A stretch of DNA of 64,000 nt, taken from the human T2T-CHM13v2.0 reference genome, Homo sapiens. The stretch lies in assembly GCF_009914755.1 (NCBI RefSeq), contig NC_060927.1; one strand, 5' to 3'. Under the pieces are notes generated by a model. It searched no databases and was not told the origin of the DNA. It saw only the letters and a program-made list of their open reading frames with translations. The translations under genes were made by a program, and so were the position numbers. Position 1 is the stretch's first letter; each line of letters opens with the position of its first letter. Of the stretch, positions 55,589-64,000 are shown piece after piece.

Positions 55589-55837
55589 AAGCCTTCCTAG
55601 ATGAGGAGGCATTTGAGAGTCATCTCCGAGAATAGGTGAGAGTTGAGAGAGGGGCACTGTTTGCAGTGGAAGGATAAGAAGTGAAAGCAATGCTAGTGAG
55701 CTCCCAGCACTTGGCCCAGGTCTCAGCAGCCATATTGGTATTTGAACATAAGACTGCTCACCTCCAGGAAAATGCAGAGGTAACACTGAACAATGACTGC
55801 TTAGCTGCGTATCACAATTGGCCCTGTAGATCACTGG
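55589..55837 (+). repeat. Dispersed direct duplication, copy 2
   Basis: About 88% identical to 51828-52082, with a 6-bp indel. Confidence 0.95.
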
Positions 55838-56193
55838 CCTTAGGTGGTCCTCATTGTTTTTGTTCACTCTCTACTGCTATCCTGGTTAGAGTAGGCATGA
55901 GGATACATATTGCAAATCTCTACCTACTCCATCCTCAAACTTTGCAATAATCTAGAAAAGGCACAATAATTCTAATAGCCTAACAGGTAATATTATTTAT
56001 GAAGGCTCTGTAAAAAAAAGGAGATAACTTGACTGCTGCAGCTTAAAATGCATGGGCTTTGGGATAGCTGTATTCATCATTTAATATTGGGTTTTCCTGA
56101 TAGATTAAATTGCCCAAGGAAATGATCATATACATGAGATTTTACTGTAATAGATAGTACTATATAACCAAAGCAAAGAGGTAGGTAGAGTTG

Positions 56194-56572
56194 TATATTA
56201 GTCAGCTCAGTCTGACATAGAAAATATCACAGACTGGATGGCTTAAACAGTAGGCATTTATTTTTCTTGCACTTTTGGAGGCTGGAAGCTCAAAATGAGG
56301 ATGCCAGCAGGGTTGGTTTCTGGTGAGGACTCTCCTCCTGGCTTGCAAATAGCTGCCTTCTCACTATGTCCTCACATGACCTTTCCCCAGTGCAGAAAGA
56401 GAGAGCACTCTGGTATCTCCTCCTTTTCTTATGTGGACACCAGCCATATTGGATCAGGGCCCTACCCTTTTGACCCCATTGATCCCCTTATAGGCTCTAT
56501 GTTCAAATATACGTGCATTGGGGGTTAGGGCTGCCTCATACAAATGGTATGGGGACAACTTCATCCATAGCA
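56194..56572 (-). mobile_element. MLT1A/A0-like solo LTR
   Basis: tatattagtcagctcag...cacagactggatggcttaaaca...tggtttctggtgaggactctc...catccatagca. Confidence 0.9.
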
Positions 56573-58404
56573 ATTTGATACAAAGCTTTAAGAACTGCCT
56601 TACGCTAAGTATCACACGGACCAGGTAGCCAGAGCTTGCCGTCTAAAACCTAACACAGTGTCTTAAAAGCAAGCACAATTCTGAAAATGTAACCAAGTTT
56701 CTTAATTTTGTTTCAAAGATAAGAAACTTGTTTTACATTCCAAGTTTTTTTTAAATCTCCCAGCCTAGTACATTTAAAAATAGATTTGAAACCCAGGAAA
56801 TTAGCACCTTCGATTTATTCCCAGAACAGATAGCTAATAAGTAGGGAAAATTAAAATTTTTCAGCCAGCTTGCTTTCATATTTTGTAACACATACCGCTT
56901 TGGCTTTGGAGTAGTTTAATATGAATTAATCACTAGGCTCTCTTCAGAGTTGGAAACGAGGTGGTATTTAAAGCAAGTTACATTGTTAGTAAAATCCGAC
57001 ATCTAAAATTTAGCCTGAGGCTCTCAGCCATACATAAGTTTGATACTCTGCATATATTTTTTATTAAAACTTCAGATGACAAGAATGATTTCCAAGCTCA
57101 AGGTTAAATAATTTGGGCTGGGGATGGTGATGGTGGTGGGGTACTCATGAAAGAAGGCCCCCTTAGGAGACAGACTACAGGATAGAAGAAGAATTTCTGC
57201 CCATTCTATTAAGCTAAGGAATCTTCCCTGAGTTGTCTGATTAGATGCAAACAAGCATGACGAAAGAATCATCCCAGCTGTCACAGTATTTTCAACACCT
57301 GGCAACAATGTTGTGCAAATGGACAAATGACTGTGATTGTCAATTCAGGTGTCAGTGGTGACCTGTATCTCTGTTGAGCTCAACCCCTAAGTTGTCATCC
57401 CTGCCAGACGCACCTCTTCCTTGATCAGAGGAAAGATAACAAGGGGAAAGGGACTGCTACTACCCCAAAAGGTTTTCTCTCACTTGGGCTTCTGGAAATC
57501 ACTTGGAATGGGGAAGACAGGTTTGGCTTGTCCTGAGGACCCATTAGAAGGTGACATCATACTGCCTCTGTTTCCCATGAGAGCATTTAACGTTATCAGC
57601 AAAACCAAGTCATCTCTTTATCAGAGGAAAGCATGACACTGTCTCAAAAACCGTTAAGCATGTGACACACTTCCCTAGATCATAGACAAATGGATTTGGG
57701 AGAAAACAGTTGACCCCCAGGAAGTAGGTACAAAATGAGCATTAGTCAGCATTCAGAGGAATTTGGTGGATGTTACATAGTTTAAATTTGTGTCTGGTAA
57801 TCTTCATTGCTGTTAAGTGTTAAGCCCGATGAACCCAGTGAATACAGGATGAATTTTTTCAATGATGATGTGATCTTTTTAAAAGTGCCAACTGTAATTA
57901 TCACTGTAACCCTTGGATGTTAACAAAAGAAAATTACTGTGAAGCCATCACTTCAGTCCTCTCTGGATCTGTGTTCTGATTCCTAGCAGACTGCTTGCCA
58001 AACACCGTGGCCGCAGGGTCAAAGAACATTTGTCATTTCAGCTGTGGGGACCAGACAGCAGGAGTACAATCACCCTTCCAGTGATACTGCTGCTCCAGAC
58101 CACCAGTGGGCAGTCAGCCAGCTGGGCTCTTTGTACTTTCTCTTTATGCCTTGCAGTTTCACTTTAGGGGAAGCCTGTTTCTGCTGCAAATCTTTGTTAA
58201 AAATAAAGATTCCAACAGAGGGACACTTGGTGCCTCGGGTAGAAGTAGCCCGGCAGTAGGGAGTATTCAGGAGCCGCACAGAAGGATGTTTATTTCAACA
58301 GAGCCACCACAGGAGAATGGAAGCCATGGTGGACTCTGAGGCCCCTAGAGATCCTTGAGATGTTAAGGACGTTACTTACTTTATATATTTTTCCTCCTTT
58401 ATCC

Positions 58405-59230
58405 CATTCACTCATTCATTCAGTAGATTCTTTTCTAGGTTCTGGAACCATGCTGTTTAAGGAACCAGTGAAGAGATACCTGACTTCATGAAGCTTTAAG
58501 TATAATGGGGGAAGTGGTAAAATAAACAAGGCTTTTTCAACTTTTGCACTATTGACATTTTGCTCCAGATAATTCATGGGAGGGAAGGAGAACCATCCTG
58601 TGCATTGTAGGATATATAACAACATCCCAGGTCTTCACCTACTAGATGCTGGTAGCAACCCCCGTTTCCCAGGTGTGTCAACTAAAAATGCCTCCAGGCT
58701 TTGCCAAATGTTCCCCAGGGTGAGAATAGGGTCAAAATTGCCCTGGGTTGACCTAGGCCGTAATACAGAGAAACTAACAAACAGAATGTGTGTGTCTGTG
58801 TGTGTATCTGTAACTTATAACAAGTATCACTAGGGAAACAAGAAAATAGGTGAGAGAGAGTCAGAGAGTGGAACTAATATACGTTAGGTGGTTAGAAATA
58901 ATCTCTTTAAGAGGATGATATTTAAAAGGAGGCCTAAGGGAAGACAACTGAATATAGGCGTGTTCCAGAACAAAGAAAGAACAGTACACAGGCCCTGAAG
59001 GAGGACAGAGTTTGATCCACTCAGGACAGTAATGCAGGCTTGTGTAAGTGGAGGTGCTAGAGGCAGGTGAAGATCATATCATGCAGGGCCTTAGAAACTG
59101 TGATAGGGAGTGTGGATTTTATCAGAAGTATCTTGGGAAGGCACTGGACAATTTCAAGCAAGAAAGATACGTGACTTGATTTACATTTCCCCCGTGGTAT
59201 AGAGACTATATTGGCGAGAATGGAATGGAG
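58405..59230 (-). mobile_element. L2 remnant interrupted by MER20
   Basis: cattcactcattcattca tail; agatcatatcatgcagggcctt...ggattttatc...gggaaggcactgga. Confidence 0.7.
58528..58752. mobile_element. MER20 (hAT-Charlie)
   Basis: gcactattgacattttg..cagataatt..tcctgtgcattgtaggat..catccc..ctactagatgctggtagca..aaaaatgcctccag..ttgccaaatgttcccc. Confidence 0.88.
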
Positions 59231-60144
59231 TGGGCATGAGTAGCCATTATTATTCTCAGTCTCTTGTGTGATGGTGCTTTGCATGTTTGCATATGTACTA
59301 AGAACCCTTAGGGGAACACAAAAAGTAAAGGAATAAAGAATAATGTTGAAGAGCCCCATCAATATGGGGAAATTAATGTGCAGGAAAATCTAATCTTAAA
59401 TACCATTATTTAAAAGGAAATGCTGATGATACAAAATCAAAATGGCAAAGTGATAAGAGCCATCTGAATATTGCTTTGGGGCTGTTTTCCAATCTGTAAA
59501 ATGAAGATCAAAATAGAATGTATTACACGTGGATTAATGAAGACTGAGATAATTGAGTGAAGCCTTATTGTAATGATGGGAGCAAATCCCTAAAAAGGTA
59601 GTTATGAATATAGTTATTTTAATTGTTTTCATCCATAACAATAGCATAAACTTCTTACATGTGAATATCACATTTCACTTCCTATATGTCTTCCTGAGCA
59701 CTGTCATCCTACAATCTATTTCCCAGCTGCATTTTGCAATGAAAATTTGCATTTAATTATTTTACACATTAAAAAAAGATTTCAGTGCATCTTTAAAAAG
59801 TAGTCATAAAGCAAAGAATCCCTTCAATGGAATAATTTTACTTAATATAACGTATAGTGTTGATAGCCAGTTTTAAAGAACCATAAAAGAAAACATGATT
59901 ATATTTTTGATAGAAACAGAACCTAAATGAAATGTGTCCGAAGCAGTCATTGATCCACAAATGTGGATTGATGCTTACTCTGAAGAAGGTACATATTTGG
60001 TGCTGGGATGTAATGGGTATAAAACTCTAAAAATGGCCTGGGCCAGTGCGAGAGTAGAGGAGGCATACATTCTTATAATCATCACAGGACGAAAACGTGA
60101 ATTTGTGGCCAGGTGCTGCCAAGCATTACTGAAGACATTTTGCT

Positions 60145-60380
60145 AATAATGGTAGACACTCTTAAGGCACTTACCATGTGCCAGGAACTAGTCATGATAC
60201 TAACTCATTCCATGCTCATAATGAGGTAGGTATTATTATCCTCACTTTATAGTGAGAAACTGAGGAACTAGAGAAGTTTAGTAACTTGTCCCAAAACACA
60301 TAGCTAGCAAGTGATGGAGCCAGAGTTTGAAATGAGGAACTTTTTTTTCCAGAGTCTGGACCTTAACCATTAACATACAC
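60145..60380 (-). mobile_element. MIR
   Basis: gcacttaccatgtgccagg...atgaggtaggtattattatcctcacttt..gaaactgagg..agtaacttgtcccaa..cacatagctagcaagtgatggagcc. Confidence 0.85.
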
Positions 60381-61424
60381 TGCCGCAAAAGAGGAAAATA
60401 GGAGCGAGACGAACAAACTGGGACTGTAAGAAGCCGAGTGGGGCTGGTGTGCATAGCGGGGTGTGTGTGGACAAGCAGGGGTATTTAGGAGGAGGGAGGA
60501 ATTAAACTGGAATTAGGGTAGCCCTAAATACTGAAGCCCTTCTATCCTCCACTACTCCTGCACCTTCTAATTCCAAGCCAAACTGGTTCCATTTTGTCTG
60601 CTATGAACAATAGCCTCTTAGAAGATAATAACAAAAATTTCCAAAGTGATCATTGATGTTCCTTCCCCGCAATGCATTACCGTTAATTTCTTTGTATGTA
60701 ATGTCTGATTTGTCAACAAATCAGACCCGTTCAAGCTGATCTTTTAATTTTTTTCTTCTTTGGTTACTTCTCATTTTCATTAACTTAATTACATCCCAAC
60801 AGATAGGGATTTTTCTTAACCTTGACCTTGGGGTGTACAAATAACAACAGACATTGTTCAGCAGTTTCAGAGGAAATATCCCAATTTATCTTGTGTGTTA
60901 TGCTTGCCTTTTGTTCACAAGATGCTTCTATTAATTTAGTATTCAAAAAGCATTGCAGTTCTCATTTCATCTGGAATAAAATCTCATATGTGGAAATTCT
61001 AACATTATGCTTAGCACATGGTATTTCGCCCAAATGTCCATTTCCTGCTTCCCTTCTTTCCATGCTCAGAATTATGCTTGGATGACTTGGCTGATAAAGT
61101 AATTCAAAAGTGAGTTTGAACTCAGAACAGTGTAACTAATATTATCCTAGTAAAGTTAGCTAAAGCAAGTAGTTTGCTAAAACTCCTCATCTATTTACCC
61201 TGACCAACTGCTTGTTGATCAACTAAATTGTCACATATCATCTCATTCTTTTCTAACTCAATTAGGAGCCTATTTCTTGAAGAAACAGCAACAAAAACAT
61301 TGACAAGTGTTTTTCCCATTGCAAACTGAAAGCGTATACCATTAAACACATTGTCAAATTTCCACTAAGGGTTGAATGATGGAAATCCAACTTTGCACTT
61401 TTTTTCCAAAAAAAAAAAAAAAAA

Positions 61425-61840
<416 letters not shown>

Positions 61841-61911
61841 TCATCAAATAATGATACCAAAAACCTATTCTTACATATGGACAGGTAGTATTAACCACAG
61901 GGTACATGGAT

Positions 61912-62105
61912 CAGCACTGCCCGATAGAATTTTCTGTAATGATGGAAATGTCCTCTGAATTGCCTCATGTGGCAGCCATAGCCTCATATGGGTATTGAGC
62001 ACTTGAAGTGAGATTGGTGGGGCTGAAGAATGAGGTACTTAATTTTAATCAATTTAAACTTGAACAGCAACATGCGGCTAATGGCCGCCATCTGGAACAG
62101 CACAG
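61912..62105. mobile_element. MER3 (hAT-Charlie)
   Basis: gcactgcccgatagaattttctgtaatgatggaaatgt...tattgagcacttgaa...catgcggctaatggc...ggaacagcacag. Confidence 0.85.
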
Positions 62106-62588
62106 CTATAAATAGTTTCCTGGAATAAAAGTAAGAGGAAGAAATGAGGAACTTCGAACTTTAAGGCAATAACTACCAGAGAGTAGATGGGACTTCGAAA
62201 AATCTCAAAAAGTGGATTTGGAAGATGAACGTGGATTAAATCTCTCCTATGACTAAAGAACACTTAGGCTGAAGGCAAGTAGAACTTGAGGGATGTTCAA
62301 CACTGTGTCCATTTCATTAAGAACTTTGAAGCATGGAGTTGTCAAACCAACCTAACTCCTTAATACAATGGCATCTTTAATTAACTGTTCAAGATGATGC
62401 CACTTTGCTTGTTTAAGATGAAATTCACCATTTGTCCACTGAAAGCGATAGTCTGCCCTGTTGCCTTTGCATCTAGTCTCTTCAGTAGATAATTACTTCA
62501 GCCCTTGTTGGGAGTTGTTCCACTGATCTGAGGCCCGCAGTCCTCTATCGAACACTTCTCTGAGCCAAAGCCAAAGTGGCTGCAAATC

Positions 62589-62913
<325 letters not shown>

Positions 62914-64000
62914 TAATTTACTTTGCTTCAAAAAAGCACATCTAAATTATTAATCACTTTGAAAATATGTTATATTATCAAAACTAGCCAATTTTAGAAC
63001 AGAAATTTCTTTAAAATAGGTTTATGGTGAATTCTACCTAGAGGTTGTTCATTTTGATGCATGTTTATCTTTTGCCTAAACTGTGTCCACTAGGCTAACT
63101 TCTACTCATTCTTCAAGATTTAACTTGAGCCTCAATTTCTTTGTAATGTCTTCTCTTACCCCACTTCCCAGGTCTCAGGCTTTCCCTGAATCATTGTAAG
63201 ATAATGGAGACGCAGCAATGACTGTTCTTGTTATCCTCCCCAACCGGACTAAATGAAGACGGGGCCTCTGTCCTATTTATTTTCCTGAGCATCTAATGGT
63301 GCCTGGACACACACTGTCATTATTTGAAAAATGAGTACATGTTCACTCTAAAGTTACAAGAACATCGGTTGAGAATAATTCCATGAGAACATGGTAGAAA
63401 AATTCCAAGGGTCAGGTAATAAGGAGAGTTCTATTAGTCTACATAAGGAAAGTGACTTGGGAGATAGACCATGCAGGTTCCTATAAATCTTATTCAAGAA
63501 TTTTTATTTTAAAAATGTAATTGATCATTGGCATTCAAGACAGAAATGTTCAGATGCTTTAGAGAATCCTCTGATCACAGGCACTTTTGTAGTATGAAAT
63601 TCTTCCCCATAAAGCAAGTGGGTGTAGATGCAGAGAGAACCCTAGGGTTGTAGTGTTTTGAGTGCTGGGTAAAAGCTCAGCTCATGCCCTAACTGATCAT
63701 GCCCAAAGCTCTCAGTGCCCAAGATTCAATGTTGCATGGTGGCAAAATGACAAGCCCCATCTCGTGTTGCAGACCTGTCAGGGTTACTGGCAAATTATAG
63801 AAACACCAGGCATTCTGTTTACTAACATCAGTGGTTTCCATAAGATGCAATTATTTCCTCAAAAAGCATACCGTGAAATGGTCTTCCCTCTTTATTATGG
63901 AAATAGCCTTTAACTTCGTGGTCATGGCATGAGAATACTCCAGATGATTTGAGGCATTCTAAATTTTTGCCCCATTTTTTAAAAGAGTGGTTGGTAGAAA

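Noticed and set aside
51828-55837. Direct repeats read as the two LTRs of a novel 4-kb retroelement
   Set aside because: No TG..CA termini, PBS, PPT or TSD; the interior is ordinary intron with unrelated old repeats

Overview
Primate (human-like) genomic DNA from inside the metabotropic glutamate receptor 7 gene GRM7, + strand. The only coding feature is one 936-nt phase 0-0 internal exon (5351-6286; exon 8 as I recall the gene model, about residues 506-817). It encodes the 9-cysteine domain and TM1-TM6. The rest is intron, and the TM7 exon is not in the window. The introns are AT-rich and full of repeats: 6 dimeric Alus plus a free monomer, L1PA/L1M, L2, MIR, MaLR/ERVL solo LTRs, an old ERV1-type internal segment, and hAT MITEs. 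There is also a piggyBac MER85 and a mariner MADE1 half, plus several local duplications. No prokaryotic-type system (CRISPR, operon) is present, and the other ORFs in the track are repeat-derived or chance. Best leads, all untested: (1) inverted Alus bracket a stop-free, 3n, six-TM exon, predicting a circRNA with an endless ORF and an in-frame single-pass skip isoform; (2) candidate docking sites for two primate transposase-fusion proteins (CSB-PGBD3, SETMAR) lie 3.7 kb apart; (3) a ~250-bp dispersed direct duplication. Repeat names and subfamilies come from recalled consensus sequences, not a RepeatMasker run, and boundaries of old repeats are approximate.
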